64,000 nucleotides of DNA from Candidatus Zhuqueibacterota bacterium (GCA_963169875.1 CAUJEL010000040.1:16323-80322), one strand, 5' to 3'; shown: positions 52,079 to 63,065, numbered from the stretch's first letter. Notes: generated by a model from the letters alone, not told the origin. Translations and numbers: made by a program.

Positions 52079-52363
52079 ATGGATTTAGTATCACTGCTCA
52101 TCCAGCTCATCAGTGGGGCTGTTGGTGGTAACGTAGCGGGATCCTTGTTGAAAAAATTGTCCCTGGGTTCTGTGTTGAACTCTGTCATCGGAATACTCGG
52201 TGGTGGCCTCGGCGGACAGCTGCTCGGCATGCTCGGCGTTGGCACGACGACGGGCGGCGTGGATCTGGCCAGCATCATCGGCGGCATCGCCGGCGGCGGT
52301 GTCGGTGGCGGCGTCCTGCTGGCCATCATCGGTTTCCTCAAGAACCTGTTCACAAAAAAATAG
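52079..52363 (+). CDS. Small Gly-rich membrane protein (GlsB/YeaQ/YmgE-like)
   Basis: 94 aa from the internal Met MDLVSLLIQLISGAVGG. Gly-zipper transmembrane segments. Confidence 0.45.
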   Translation: MDLVSLLIQLISGAVGGNVAGSLLKKLSLGSVLNSVIGILGGGLGGQLLGMLGVGTTTGGVDLASIIGGIAGGGVGGGVLLAIIGFLKNLFTKK

Positions 52364-52421
52364 GCGGCATCACACCACTTCAAAAGCAATCACCACGCAA
52401 ATATCTGCAAAACCCCGGATT

Positions 52422-53801
52422 TCAATTTTTTATCATTCCGGGGTTTTCTTTTTCGTGCCTGCCCCGAAGCGTCTGCAGTGGCCCAGCCAGTATAAAAGCG
52501 GCCAATCCCAGAAACAGCAGAGAACTGAGCAAAATAATTCCGGATAGCAGCATCGGCTGCACCAGGCGAATGTCCAGCTTGAGCCAGAATAGAATATTCG
52601 GCGCCCGGAACAGGAAAACCAGCAGAACCGCAAAATAAACGACCACAAAATATTTTATTTTATCGGATGCCGTTGTCCGATCCAGCCAGAATGGCAGAAC
52701 CGGAATAAATGCGAGCAGATCGAAGGCATGATATTCATGCATCAGATTCCCGAAACCAATGCCCTGCAGGACAAAAGCGATCGCCAGCGGCAAACTGGCT
52801 GAGGCAAATCGCCGCGCCCGCTCGTCCTGCCTGAGGCGCAGCAGAAGAACGGCGATACAAATCGTCGAGAGGTAGGGAATGGCTTTTGCCAAAGCGCCGG
52901 GCATAAGATAAGAAAAGCTGTAACCGAGCGGCTCATTGACTTCGAATTCATAATGCCTGACGACCTCTATATACGCCAGCAGCTGCGAAGGAAAAGCGGC
53001 CAACAGTACAAGCATCACGCCACCGATGAGGAGGATTTTTTTGCGCTGCGTAGCGCTCGAAAACATGAAGATCAGCAACCCAAATGTTGACAGGAATGGC
53101 AAAGTGGACCATTTCATGGAAGCCAGAATCCCGCACAGAACGGCTAGGATGTAACCACTGCGTTCCAGGTTAAGCGTGAGCATGAAAAGCATGAGCGCAG
53201 CCGCGACAAAAATTTCAAATTGGCCGCGTTCGAAATGAATCAGTCCAATGGGTGTGTAAAAAAACAGCAGGATAACCAGGCCTGCCATGGGCCAGAATCG
53301 CTGTCGCTGTTGCATCTTGCTAGCGTACAGGAACAGACACAGAAGAAACATACCAATCCCGGCCAGAGTATGAATAAGGAACGCCTGCGTATATGGCAGA
53401 AAGGTGAGCGCCTGGTATAACCAGTTCATGAAGGGTGGGTAGCCCGGCGGCCGGCCAAAACGATCCCGATATGAGGGTGTGACCGGCTTGTAGCCCGATT
53501 CGCCATGACGCAACGCCAGAGAGGCAAAATAGACCTGGCTGAAATCTGCCCCTAACGGTTTTGCGGCCGGCGTAGCGGGATTGGTGTCCGGAACTGGTAG
53601 AGGAGTGCCATACTGCCTTGGATAAGGCGGGGACTGCTGTCCGCTGATCAAAAAATCAGCATACCATTTGATCTGCATGAGGGCATAGCTGCCAAGAATG
53701 GCACTCACGATGATGACCGCAAACAGCCTGAAAAGATGATTCGTCTCAACAACCCGCATCGCACGCACCTCCCGATCAATGGTACATCCCTGGTCCCGCA
53801 C
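52422..53801 (-). CDS. Polytopic integral membrane protein of unknown function (possible GT-C/DUF2029-like glycosyltransferase)
   Basis: At least 10 predicted hydrophobic helices. Start ambiguous (alternative at MRVVETNH, ~53759). Confidence 0.5.
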   Translation of the reverse strand: MRDQGCTIDREVRAMRVVETNHLFRLFAVIIVSAILGSYALMQIKWYADFLISGQQSPPYPRQYGTPLPVPDTNPATPAAKPLGADFSQVYFASLALRHGESGYKPVTPSYRDRFGRPPGYPPFMNWLYQALTFLPYTQAFLIHTLAGIGMFLLCLFLYASKMQQRQRFWPMAGLVILLFFYTPIGLIHFERGQFEIFVAAALMLFMLTLNLERSGYILAVLCGILASMKWSTLPFLSTFGLLIFMFSSATQRKKILLIGGVMLVLLAAFPSQLLAYIEVVRHYEFEVNEPLGYSFSYLMPGALAKAIPYLSTICIAVLLLRLRQDERARRFASASLPLAIAFVLQGIGFGNLMHEYHAFDLLAFIPVLPFWLDRTTASDKIKYFVVVYFAVLLVFLFRAPNILFWLKLDIRLVQPMLLSGIILLSSLLFLGLAAFILAGPLQTLRGRHEKENPGMIKN

Positions 53802-53973
53802 TGGTCTGTTTTTTGGCCAGTTTTGGATGAACTATTAACGCATGCAATCTCTTCCGGCAGGCATTATCCGTTTCAGCTATCTCTCAATTTTTCAAAACGA
53901 TTTTGCAGGATCGTCTTTGCAGTTTGATTTCAAGCTGGCAAGATGGACGGTCTTGCCAGCCACGACAACGGTT

Positions 53974-56900
53974 TTAGCGCAGCAGCAGCATCTTTTGCCC
54001 GGTAATCACCTGGCCATCGACGCGCAGCTGACAATAATAGACACCCGAAGGCAAAGACCGATGGGTATCATCATCGCCCTGCCACATGATAAGATGATCG
54101 CCCGCAGCGACCTGGCCATCGACCAAAGTATTCACCTTGCGGCCGCGTAAGTCAAAAATATCCAGACGAACCACACCCGAACTTTGCAGCTGATAGGATA
54201 TCCTCGTGCCGGCGTTGAACGGATTGGGGTAATTGGCGTGGAGCATGTGACTGCCGGGCTGCTGGCCGCTTTCCGGCGTTGCCACGTCCAGGTCGTAATT
54301 GCCACCGATGACCAGCCACTTTGGATACCGCGCCCCGGTGGACAGGGTAAGTTCCTGCAGCGTCATCGATGCAATATCACATATCAAAAGCCTGGCATCG
54401 CTGAAGCGGTCGACGACAAACTGCCGGTCATCCGGTGAAAAAGAGGGGCGCTGCACCTGGCGGCCGGGAAAGGCAATTCCCTTGTCGTCATTGGGCTGAT
54501 TGAAATCATGAATGACGATGTCCCAATTGTTCGCCTCGATATGGCTGTAGATGATGACATCCGGATCCGTGGAGCTGTACTGCACATTGCCCGCATCAAC
54601 GCCATCCGGCTGCGCCGGCAGCATGGCGATGATGCGCGGCAGGTCCCCGCTGAGATCAATCTCACCCATGCTCCACCAGCTGCGCACACCGCCGCCGGCG
54701 AGTGATATCTCATTATAAGCGTCGAACGCCAGGCGCGGATACTTGGTATTGGGCGACCATGAGATCACATCGGGATATTGAATGGTATTGCGCGTGATGC
54801 CCGGCTGCGTACTGGGCAGCTCGAGGGTGATCGGGTAGATCTGATCACCGATCAGGAAATAGATGCGGTTGTCATTGGCATACGCGGAGGTGAAAGCGAG
54901 AAAATAATTGTCGCGCGTGACCGCCACATTCCAGATGTCACCCGGCTGCTGGACATAGATATAATCAAACACCTCATAGTTGTAGGTATACGGTATGCCG
55001 GAAATGGTCAGGCGTGCGATATAGCCGTCCTGGTTAACAAAGTAGAGATATCCCCCGTCCGCGGTAGCCGTGAACTGGCTGAAGTTGTTGTTTTTAGCCT
55101 GTACATACACATCGGAGAAATAATAATCCTGGCCGTCACTGAGATTATACATGCCGACGCGCTGATCATCGCGGACAAAAGCGATCCACTGATTGCCGCC
55201 GCTGGTGGCTCTGACATTGTCATCCTGGAGGGGATCAGTACCGCCGCCGCCTTCGGTGATCTGCACCTGGTCAAAAGCACTTTGTACGGCCTGGACTTCG
55301 GCGCTGCTGTAGAGATCGGTGGCGCTCTGCTGCAACGCCCGCCGCGCATCGAGGAATTCCGATTGCCTGGTCAGGTACGACTTTAATGCACGATAATAGA
55401 TCCGCTCCGTTTTTTCGCGGCCGATCTGATTGGCGATGAGATAAGAGGCGCGGTTGATGATGCCGCAATTGGTATGAACGCCGCCTTGATCTTCCTGGGT
55501 ATCATAATAATCGCTCATCCTGGCGGGCAAGGGGCTTAAAACGGCGGGATTGCCCGGATTGGCAATATCGCGCAGCGCTGAACCGCCTCCGGATCGGATG
55601 ATATCTTCTCCCATAAACCAGTCATCGCGGTCGACCATGGCGCCGAAAAAGTCCGAAATGGCCTCGTTCAAGGCGCCCGATTGATCCTGATAGATGAGAT
55701 TGGCGGAGTATTCAGTGACGCCGTGGGTATATTCGTGCGCCGCAACATCCAATGCCTGGGCCAGCGGCTTGAACTTGTTGTTGCCGTTGCCCCAAAACAT
55801 GGCGCGCCCGTTCCAATAGGCATTATCCATGGCTGCGCCGTCTTCGGTGACATTGACCACGGAAATAAGCGTGGAAGCCTTGTCGTCAATGGCACGCCGT
55901 CCATGGGCATTCTGATAATATTGATAGGTCGCGCCGAGGTTGTACAGAGCGGATACAGCAGCAGGATCATTCCAGTATGCGGCTGAAGTCGACGTGACAT
56001 AATAAAAATTCGCATAATCGCTGGGATCGTTATTCTGCAGATCCAGGATCAGCATCCCGCCGCTCGGGTTTTCGGGCAAGTTGGCAGCACCACCGGAGAG
56101 CTCATTGACATCGCTGAGCAGATAATAAGTACCCTGCTGTTCATAGGCGCGGAACGGCCGCGTCACGCCGCGAAGGTCGGTGCCGGAAGCATTCACCACG
56201 CCTTCATAGGCGGTATTGCATAGCTGATGTCGCAATTCGCCGCTCTGGGCATCGATGAACAGGGTATAGTTTTCTCGCACATTGGCATAGAGATCCACCT
56301 GCCACACCAGATGGGGTTGCGCCTGCTTGTCGATCCAGATGGCCTTTCCCACGCGTGGCTCCGGAATTTGCAGCAGTTTTTGAATGCGGGGCTCGATGGG
56401 CTTTAAAAGTCCGCGCATGTGCAGATAGGCACGGCCAGCCTGCAAGGCCTGATCTGCAGAGAGCTGTGCATCGGTGCTGGTGATGGCACGCGGCGTGTTG
56501 GCATAGCGGCCGTTCACGGCGTAAACCTCATCCTGTGCATTGATGTGCACATAGAGATCATTGGCCCAGACCGGCACACCCAGATGATGCTGCTGCAAAC
56601 GGACATGGCGGTGGCCCAACTCATCGGTTTCGCAGCGCCACGCCTGCAGCTCTGCAACGGGTTGATCCAGTCCCAACTGAGCAGCAAACGTGTCCAGCCA
56701 GCTCAGGGCGAGCACCACAGCCGCTGATTTGGCAAGTGTGGAGTTGATCTGCACCCTGGCAGGGGATACTTGCTGCAATTGTGCTGCTGTGCCGAGGCGT
56801 CCGCAAAGGAACGCGAGAGTGCCATTGGGTGCCATGGCGACGGAGGTTGCGACGAGTCCACGGCGCGCCAGAGAATACTGTAACGCCTCAGCCGGGCGTT

Positions 56901-57114
56901 GATCGCGGCTGAGGCGGCCAACGATTTTGTGCGAGGCCCGCAGTGAGGCAGCGTGCTGATGCAGGGGATCAAGGTTGATGAATGCCGGAAACGGACGCTG
57001 GACAGCGGGCAAAAGCTGCGTTTTGCCGCCAGCGTTTACATCATGCCGCAACGCAGCCAAGGCGGACAGAAAAAGGCACAGCATCAAGGACGCAACCAAT
57101 AATACTTTTTTCAT
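53974..57114 (-). CDS. Secreted M4 (thermolysin-like) metalloprotease with N-terminal propeptide, C-terminal beta-propeller-like region and T9SS CTD
   Basis: Signal peptide MKKVLLVASLMLCLFLSALA. HEXXH motif in VAAHEYTHGV. GALNEAISD third-ligand motif. CTD HANYPNPFNAGTRISYQL...GVYYCQLRV. Confidence 0.85.
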   Translation of the reverse strand: MKKVLLVASLMLCLFLSALAALRHDVNAGGKTQLLPAVQRPFPAFINLDPLHQHAASLRASHKIVGRLSRDQRPAEALQYSLARRGLVATSVAMAPNGTLAFLCGRLGTAAQLQQVSPARVQINSTLAKSAAVVLALSWLDTFAAQLGLDQPVAELQAWRCETDELGHRHVRLQQHHLGVPVWANDLYVHINAQDEVYAVNGRYANTPRAITSTDAQLSADQALQAGRAYLHMRGLLKPIEPRIQKLLQIPEPRVGKAIWIDKQAQPHLVWQVDLYANVRENYTLFIDAQSGELRHQLCNTAYEGVVNASGTDLRGVTRPFRAYEQQGTYYLLSDVNELSGGAANLPENPSGGMLILDLQNNDPSDYANFYYVTSTSAAYWNDPAAVSALYNLGATYQYYQNAHGRRAIDDKASTLISVVNVTEDGAAMDNAYWNGRAMFWGNGNNKFKPLAQALDVAAHEYTHGVTEYSANLIYQDQSGALNEAISDFFGAMVDRDDWFMGEDIIRSGGGSALRDIANPGNPAVLSPLPARMSDYYDTQEDQGGVHTNCGIINRASYLIANQIGREKTERIYYRALKSYLTRQSEFLDARRALQQSATDLYSSAEVQAVQSAFDQVQITEGGGGTDPLQDDNVRATSGGNQWIAFVRDDQRVGMYNLSDGQDYYFSDVYVQAKNNNFSQFTATADGGYLYFVNQDGYIARLTISGIPYTYNYEVFDYIYVQQPGDIWNVAVTRDNYFLAFTSAYANDNRIYFLIGDQIYPITLELPSTQPGITRNTIQYPDVISWSPNTKYPRLAFDAYNEISLAGGGVRSWWSMGEIDLSGDLPRIIAMLPAQPDGVDAGNVQYSSTDPDVIIYSHIEANNWDIVIHDFNQPNDDKGIAFPGRQVQRPSFSPDDRQFVVDRFSDARLLICDIASMTLQELTLSTGARYPKWLVIGGNYDLDVATPESGQQPGSHMLHANYPNPFNAGTRISYQLQSSGVVRLDIFDLRGRKVNTLVDGQVAAGDHLIMWQGDDDTHRSLPSGVYYCQLRVDGQVITGQKMLLLR

Positions 57115-57126
57115 ATCATCTCCATT

Positions 57127-57771
57127 CTAATATCTGCGCAGATCGTGTTTGAGCAAAATTTCTCCCGTATCAGCGGCCACCATGAATTCCCATCGTATAG
57201 CGCCGCTTGCAAGTATGAGGTGATAAGCCGGTCTCAAGTCCGCTCCGGCCGCGTACCAGCAGGGTTTGTTTTCTTCTATGGTCTGAAGCGGCAAATCTGC
57301 ATGGTGCGTTCGCGCGATTTCTGCCGCCTTTTCGGTGCTGATGAGAAACGCTCCATTTTGCTTGCTGCTGGCATGGTATTGTCCGTTGATCAAATAGAGC
57401 TGTGACTCTTTATTGATGTGCACAACAAGTTCATCATTCCATATCGGAATTTTCTCATGCAGGCGGGCGTAGCGCAGATGATGAAATCCCATCTCATCCT
57501 GTTCATCTTCCAGCAGCAGCAGTTCGTTTCGGGGCTGTTCAATGCGGAACAGGGCGGTGTTTGCGCCTAAAAATTCCAGGACCATTTCAGCGCGATTTTC
57601 CTTTTTTATGCCCGATAAATCCAGTAAAGACCCTTGAATCCATTCGGGCGTGCCATACGCAACATGGGTTTTGATCTGCAGCGAATTCGGATTCTCAATT
57701 GCCATGTTTTTGATCTTGTTATGTGAACACCCGAGCATAAAAAGGATCATGAATAAACATGCAGCGCGCAT
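57127..57771 (-). CDS. Lipoprotein resembling an M4 protease propeptide (FTP/PepSY-like), encoded just upstream of the M4 protease
   Basis: Lipobox LFMILFMLGCS. Its sequence parallels the N-terminal pro-region of the downstream protease (ELLLLEDEQDEMGFHHLRYARL..., compare CETDELGHRHVRLQQ). Confidence 0.55.
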   Translation of the reverse strand: MRAACLFMILFMLGCSHNKIKNMAIENPNSLQIKTHVAYGTPEWIQGSLLDLSGIKKENRAEMVLEFLGANTALFRIEQPRNELLLLEDEQDEMGFHHLRYARLHEKIPIWNDELVVHINKESQLYLINGQYHASSKQNGAFLISTEKAAEIARTHHADLPLQTIEENKPCWYAAGADLRPAYHLILASGAIRWEFMVAADTGEILLKHDLRRY

Positions 57772-58153
57772 AGGACAGTCTCCCTCGCAGCAAAACACAC
57801 AACGTGCGATGGTTTGAGTAGACTCTGATCGCGGGAATCGGCGGGAAGCAAATTCGCAGAGTGCCAGGCCCGGTGATGCGGCCTCATGAAACCTGTCAAA
57901 TTCTCTTCACGAGTACCCCTGTTTCGTCCATAATATAATTCAACAACATGAATAATGCAATTTTATTATACCCTGTGATGCGGCACTTGCAGAGGAATCT
58001 ATTAGCAGATGTCCAGTGGAGATTGCGTCTTTGATGGCCCCGGTGCAGGCATACTTTTGCAGCCCCAGCCCGGGTGGCACGCGCGACTTGTTGATATTTT
58101 TCAGCAACGATCCCTTGCATTGACGAGATTCGTCGAACTCCGCTTCCTTGTGT

Positions 58154-58394
58154 TCTGGAGAGGGCGCCTGCCAAGTGATCTCAAAATACCGGTGCAGGGC
58201 TCTCCAGAACCCGACGAAGCGCGACAGCAACTTCGGGATGCGGCATGCCATCGGGACAAATAAATTTGACGCCACCCAGCGGCCTTAAAGAACGCCGCAC
58301 CCCGGATAAATCGCGCTCTGGAGAGGGATCCTGGCAAGTTTTCGCAAAATACTGGTGCAGGAGACTACAGAGACCGATACGCGACAAGATGGCC
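58154..58394. repeat. Two ~78-nt direct repeats (~75% identical) in the noncoding region between the ABC permease 3' end and the lipoprotein/M4 operon 5' end
   Basis: 58154-58230 and 58317-58394 both begin TCTGGAGAGGG...CAAGT...AAAATAC(C/T)GGTGCAGG. The first can fold as TCTGGAGAG...CTCTCCAGA. A third partial GGTGCAGG copy lies at ~58040. Confidence 0.35.
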
Positions 58395-58565
58395 ACAAAA
58401 TCTCCTCTGTGTCTTCGTACCTCAGTGTTGAAAAGGATTTGCCACAGGGACACAAGAGGCAGCGAAAAAAATCGGCTAACACGGCCTCACACGGTATGAG
58501 ATGCCAGGTGTGTTCTGGAACGCGCTCCTGCCTATCTATTTTTAAATATCTTGCTGGATTCCGGC

Positions 58566-60221
58566 TCAAACCTCAATTCTCCCCAGCCAGCGCGGTGCCG
58601 ATGTCTGCAGGATTCTGTGCAACACGGCATTGGCTGCGATCAAGGCGCTGGTCAGCAGCAGCACCAGGGTCCACCCCATCTCCCGGTAATGGATCGCCAG
58701 CAGGATCGTCCCGATCCCCAATCCGGAGCAAACCAGCATATTCAGTATCAGGCTCCAGCTCTGTTTCACCGCCTTGTATTCGTTATCCCATACTAATTTG
58801 GGGAAATGGATGTCGAACAGCATGCCGGTTTGTGCAGCCAGCATATTTCCAAGAGAAGCGCCCGCCAAGGCCACAGCAACCGGTACAAAACCGAGTTTCA
58901 ACATCCAGGCCAGAGCCACGACAAGGGCGACGAAACCGCAGAAACTGAGCGCAAAAGCAATCGCCATTTTCGCGTTTATTTGCACGCGATAGTCAGCCGG
59001 GAGCGTTTTGCTGAAATAGAACTGCGCGCCCTCGCGGGACAAGCCGGTCGCGCTGGTGCCATTCATGCCTCCGGTCAACAGGCCGACACCAAGGGCCAGC
59101 AGGATGAATAATTCCACAGGCGTGTTCTCCCCCAGAAAAGCGCGCAATTGTGTCAATTGATCGGAACTGCCCGATAGAACGGCGAACAGAAAAATCAGCG
59201 GCCACATGAAATTGACCAGCACGCAATTCATGAAATAGGCCGGCGTCCGGATCAACACAAGCCATTCCTTGAGAAACAGCGCCCGAAAAGGCGACTGGGA
59301 GGTCTTCAATTTTTCCATATCGGTGGTATTGACGCCGCGCTTCGCCCCTTGACTTTCGCTGCCGCCCATGGCGCCGCGAAAATAAAAGCGGTTGCCCAAT
59401 AGCAGTAATGCCGTCAAAATGACCACAGCCAGCAGCATAAAAAGAACGGCATATCCCCATCCCGCCAGTGCCCCCTTCTGCAGCAGCGCGGCAACCCCCC
59501 AGTGAATGCCTGGGAAAAGACGCGTCACCAGTTGCACCATGCTGTTCTTCCCCGACTGCAGTAATGCGATGATCTCCTCCGGTTTCATCTTTCCGAAAGA
59601 TTTTTGCAGAATAAAATTAAATCCCAATGCCAGAAACAATCCCAGCGACCCGGCCCAGATGCGAAATGCATCCTTATTGCGGGCAATGGGCAGCAGGCTC
59701 ATCAGCATCATGGCCAGCAAGGCGGCGAGCACCAGCGGAACAATGGGCAGCATTAAAAACACAACCGCAGCCAGGAAATAATAATTTACGCCGGCCTGAC
59801 TCATCACCCCATAGGTGATGAGCAGGGGCGCCAGAATGAGCAATTGCGTCAGATATTCGAAAAGAAGCGTGACGGCAAATTTGGCGCCCATGATGTGCCA
59901 GGGTTTGAGGGGCAGGGGCAGCAGCAGGTCAATGTCCTGGGCGAAATAAAACACATTGATGACGTAAAAAATGCCAAAGAAAAAAATCATCAGACTCGAG
60001 AGGGCGCACCCCAGACCAAGGATCACGCCCTCCTGACCGATGGCGGCCATGGGTGCATAGAGTTTGCTGATCAGCATGACGACCATAGTGATCCATGGGA
60101 TCAGAGAGATGACAACAAGGGCCAGCAGCGCCAGAACCTTAAACCGGCTTGCCTTGCCGCTTGCCAGAGGCGTGTAGCTGTTGATCAGCAGTGTTCGGAT
60201 GAGCGAAACGTATTTATTCAT
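58566..60221 (-). CDS. ABC transporter permease (multi-TM, ABC-2-like exporter)
   Basis: 551 aa, about 12 or more hydrophobic segments. Translationally coupled (8-nt overlap) to the upstream ATPase gene. Confidence 0.7.
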   Translation of the reverse strand: MNKYVSLIRTLLINSYTPLASGKASRFKVLALLALVVISLIPWITMVVMLISKLYAPMAAIGQEGVILGLGCALSSLMIFFFGIFYVINVFYFAQDIDLLLPLPLKPWHIMGAKFAVTLLFEYLTQLLILAPLLITYGVMSQAGVNYYFLAAVVFLMLPIVPLVLAALLAMMLMSLLPIARNKDAFRIWAGSLGLFLALGFNFILQKSFGKMKPEEIIALLQSGKNSMVQLVTRLFPGIHWGVAALLQKGALAGWGYAVLFMLLAVVILTALLLLGNRFYFRGAMGGSESQGAKRGVNTTDMEKLKTSQSPFRALFLKEWLVLIRTPAYFMNCVLVNFMWPLIFLFAVLSGSSDQLTQLRAFLGENTPVELFILLALGVGLLTGGMNGTSATGLSREGAQFYFSKTLPADYRVQINAKMAIAFALSFCGFVALVVALAWMLKLGFVPVAVALAGASLGNMLAAQTGMLFDIHFPKLVWDNEYKAVKQSWSLILNMLVCSGLGIGTILLAIHYREMGWTLVLLLTSALIAANAVLHRILQTSAPRWLGRIEV

Positions 60222-60942
60222 CGTCGGTCATCTCCAGAAACATCTTTTCCAGCGATTCGTTGGCTTTGAAATGCTCGCGCATCTCCGCGATGCTGCCGTT
60301 GAACAGAAGTTTGCCTTTGTGGATGATGGCGACGCGGTCGCAGAGTTTTTCGGCCACATCCAGTACGTGCGTGGAGAAGAACACGGTTTTGCCCTGTTGC
60401 GCCCGCTCACGCAGGATGCTTTTGAGCAGAAAAGAGGATTTTGGATCGAGTCCGGTCAATGGCTCATCAAGAATCCACACTTCGGGATCGTGCAGCAATG
60501 CGCCGATGAGGACGACCTTTTGCCGCATGCCGTGCGAATAGCTCATGATCTTGTTGCCCAGCACATTGCCCAATTCAAACTTTTCGGCATAATCAGCGAT
60601 GCGTTGTTTGCGCAGGTCGGCGGGCACCTGGTACATATCGGCCATGAAGCGCAAATATTCCAGGCCCTTCAAACGCAGAAAAACATCCGGATTGTCCGGA
60701 ATATAGCCTATCTCTTTTTTCGCCTCCAGCGGCCGCTCGGCCAGGTTGATGCCGTTGACGCGGATGTCGCCCGCATCGGCATTGAGAATGCCGGTGATCA
60801 TTTTCAGGGTGGTGGTCTTTCCGGCACCGTTGGGTCCGAGGAATCCGACGATTTCACCAGCCGGTACCGTGAGGGTGAGTTCATCAACCGCCTTTACTGC
60901 GCCGTTGTAGGTTTTGCTGACCCGTATCAGCTCTATCATGAC
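60214..60942 (-). CDS. ABC transporter ATP-binding protein
   Basis: Walker A GPNGAGKTT, signature LSGGMRQK-like (YSHGMRQKV), Walker B VWILDEPLTGLD, counted from the internal start MIELIRVSKTYNG. Confidence 0.85.
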   Translation of the reverse strand, partial: VMIELIRVSKTYNGAVKAVDELTLTVPAGEIVGFLGPNGAGKTTTLKMITGILNADAGDIRVNGINLAERPLEAKKEIGYIPDNPDVFLRLKGLEYLRFMADMYQVPADLRKQRIADYAEKFELGNVLGNKIMSYSHGMRQKVVLIGALLHDPEVWILDEPLTGLDPKSSFLLKSILRERAQQGKTVFFSTHVLDVAEKLCDRVAIIHKGKLLFNGSIAEMREHFKANESLEKMFLEMTDDE

Positions 60943-61499
60943 ATGCTCCTCCACTGCGAGTTCGTTGGATCGTGGATTGTTGTGATTATGCAAATTTAAC
61001 AACTCTGGAGACAATTCGCAGCAAAAAAATGCAAATCCGCGATTTTTACCCTCCTTATTACATCCATCGGCGCATGATCCGGCTTGCATAATAGGCTCCG
61101 GCTCATTATATTTATTATCTAAATTGAACTAATCACCACAGAGACACGGAGACACCGAGGTTAGAAAAAGTCCCCGGCTGTTTGACGAGCTTATGCCCGA
61201 TTAATTTGGCTAAAGTCATTGAGTAATGTGGCCGAACAATCCACGAGAGAAAGCTCGTGGCAACGTTGTTTTTCAATGAAAAACTTGCGCTGTCATCGCA
61301 ACAAAAACTGCGCGACGGGCTCTGCGCGCTCGGCGGTTTATCAACAGTACAGCCTAATTCACTGCACAAGTGCATCGCACTTTCATAACCCCGGAGACCC
61401 ATCATCACCGCTGCATCGCAAAATCAGGAAGCCGAAGCGCTGTACGTCTACCTGCAAAAACTGCTGGGTCCGGAAACGGCCGCTTTCATAGGTGCACCG

Positions 61500-62849
61500 T
61501 TGGAGCCCCCGAGTCTGCGCATCAACACGCTCAAAACATCCCGCAGCCGATTTGGCGGCAAATTGACGGCATGGCAGATCACCGCATCGCCGCACCCTTT
61601 CCATCCTGATGGCTTGATTCTGGCCGACGACCCATTGCCGCTCAGCCACACCCTGGCCTTTTTTCGCGGTGAATTTTTCTATCAGGGCATCTCTTCGCAG
61701 CTGCCCGTCATCGCCCTCGATCCGCAGCCGGGCGAGACCATCCTCGATATGTGCGCGGCGCCCGGCAGCAAATCCACGCAAATCGCCGCGGCCATGGCCA
61801 ACCAGGGCCGGCTGTGGATTAATGACGCCTCCACCAAACGGCTGCAAGCACTCATGGCCAACCTCACCGCCGCCGGCGTGATGAATGACATCGTCACCGC
61901 CCTGCCAGGTCAGCTCATCGGCCGTCTCCTGCCGGAGCAGTTCGACCGCATTCTCGTGGATGCACCCTGCTCAGCCCTGAGCAACTGGCCCAAACGTATT
62001 AAAGAAGCGCACTGGTCGCCGGCCTATCTGAACAAGATAAGCTATCTGCAGGAGCAGCTGCTGATTTCGGCGATCAAAGCGGCCAGGGTGGGCGGCATTA
62101 TCGTCTACTCGACCTGCTCGATATGTCCGGAAGAGGACGAAATGGTCCTCGAGCGCATCCTCGCGCGCTATCCGGTCGAGATGGAGCCACTGCCCTTTTC
62201 CCCGGCTCCCTTCGTGCGTCCGGGGCTTTCCGGCTATGCAGGTCACTCCTTTGCCAGGCAGATCGAATGTGCCGGCCGCGTCCATCCCTATCCCCTGCCC
62301 TACGAAGGTTTTTTTGTCGCCCGGCTGCGCAAAACCGGACCCTTGCCCATCCGCCCGGTGACTACGCCGCTGCAGTATCAACCGACTCTCGCGGCAGATG
62401 CCCCCGAGATTGCGGCGATTTTATCCCATCTGCACGATCACTGGGGCATCGATCCGGCGGTTTTGCAGAACTATCGCTTCATCGTCAACAAAAACCGTAT
62501 CTGGATGATGGACAGCGCCTGGGAGCAGACGCCGGATCGCACATTCATGATGGCGGGATTACCATTGGCCTTGCGCAAAAGCCACGCCTGGAGGCTGCTC
62601 AATCAATCCGTTCAATTCCTCGACGCGCAGGTCAGCAAACGGCACCTGGAGCTGAGCGACCAGGATCTGCTCGCGCTGTTCGAGCACGGCCACATACCAG
62701 CGCCTCATGGTCCCCTCAGCTATCACGCCCTGACTCTGGGGGGACGTCCCATCGCTGCGCTGGCCCAAGCCGATGGCTGTTTCAGTATACACCTGCCGCA
62801 TCACTTCCACATCCGGCCCGAAACACTCGCTGCCGAACGCGGCCTGTAA
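61500..62849 (+). CDS. RsmB/RsmF-family rRNA (cytosine-C5) methyltransferase
   Basis: PSLRINTLK, DMCAAPGSKS (SAM-binding), LVDAPCSA and YSTCS catalytic Cys motifs. TTG start in the ORF track; the true start is uncertain (no upstream ATG before a stop at 61386). Confidence 0.7.
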   Translation: MEPPSLRINTLKTSRSRFGGKLTAWQITASPHPFHPDGLILADDPLPLSHTLAFFRGEFFYQGISSQLPVIALDPQPGETILDMCAAPGSKSTQIAAAMANQGRLWINDASTKRLQALMANLTAAGVMNDIVTALPGQLIGRLLPEQFDRILVDAPCSALSNWPKRIKEAHWSPAYLNKISYLQEQLLISAIKAARVGGIIVYSTCSICPEEDEMVLERILARYPVEMEPLPFSPAPFVRPGLSGYAGHSFARQIECAGRVHPYPLPYEGFFVARLRKTGPLPIRPVTTPLQYQPTLAADAPEIAAILSHLHDHWGIDPAVLQNYRFIVNKNRIWMMDSAWEQTPDRTFMMAGLPLALRKSHAWRLLNQSVQFLDAQVSKRHLELSDQDLLALFEHGHIPAPHGPLSYHALTLGGRPIAALAQADGCFSIHLPHHFHIRPETLAAERGL

Positions 62850-63065
62850 TTTATGAGACGCTCCACCCTTCTGATGGGGAAAACTTGCATTTTTGTTGAT
62901 AAATGGTTACTTTTAGTCGATGTGATTAGCCGCCGGTTCAAAGCGGATGTCGATGATGGCCTGAATTGAGCGATTTCGGACGACAGGGGCACTCCTGCAA
63001 AAAGCGCAAAGCTCCGCCGCAACAAAGCCTCCGCCCGGCTCAGGTTTAAATTAAAGGAATCGAAA

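Noticed and set aside
60181-60999. 272-aa + ORF
   Set aside because: Antisense of the ABC ATPase gene.
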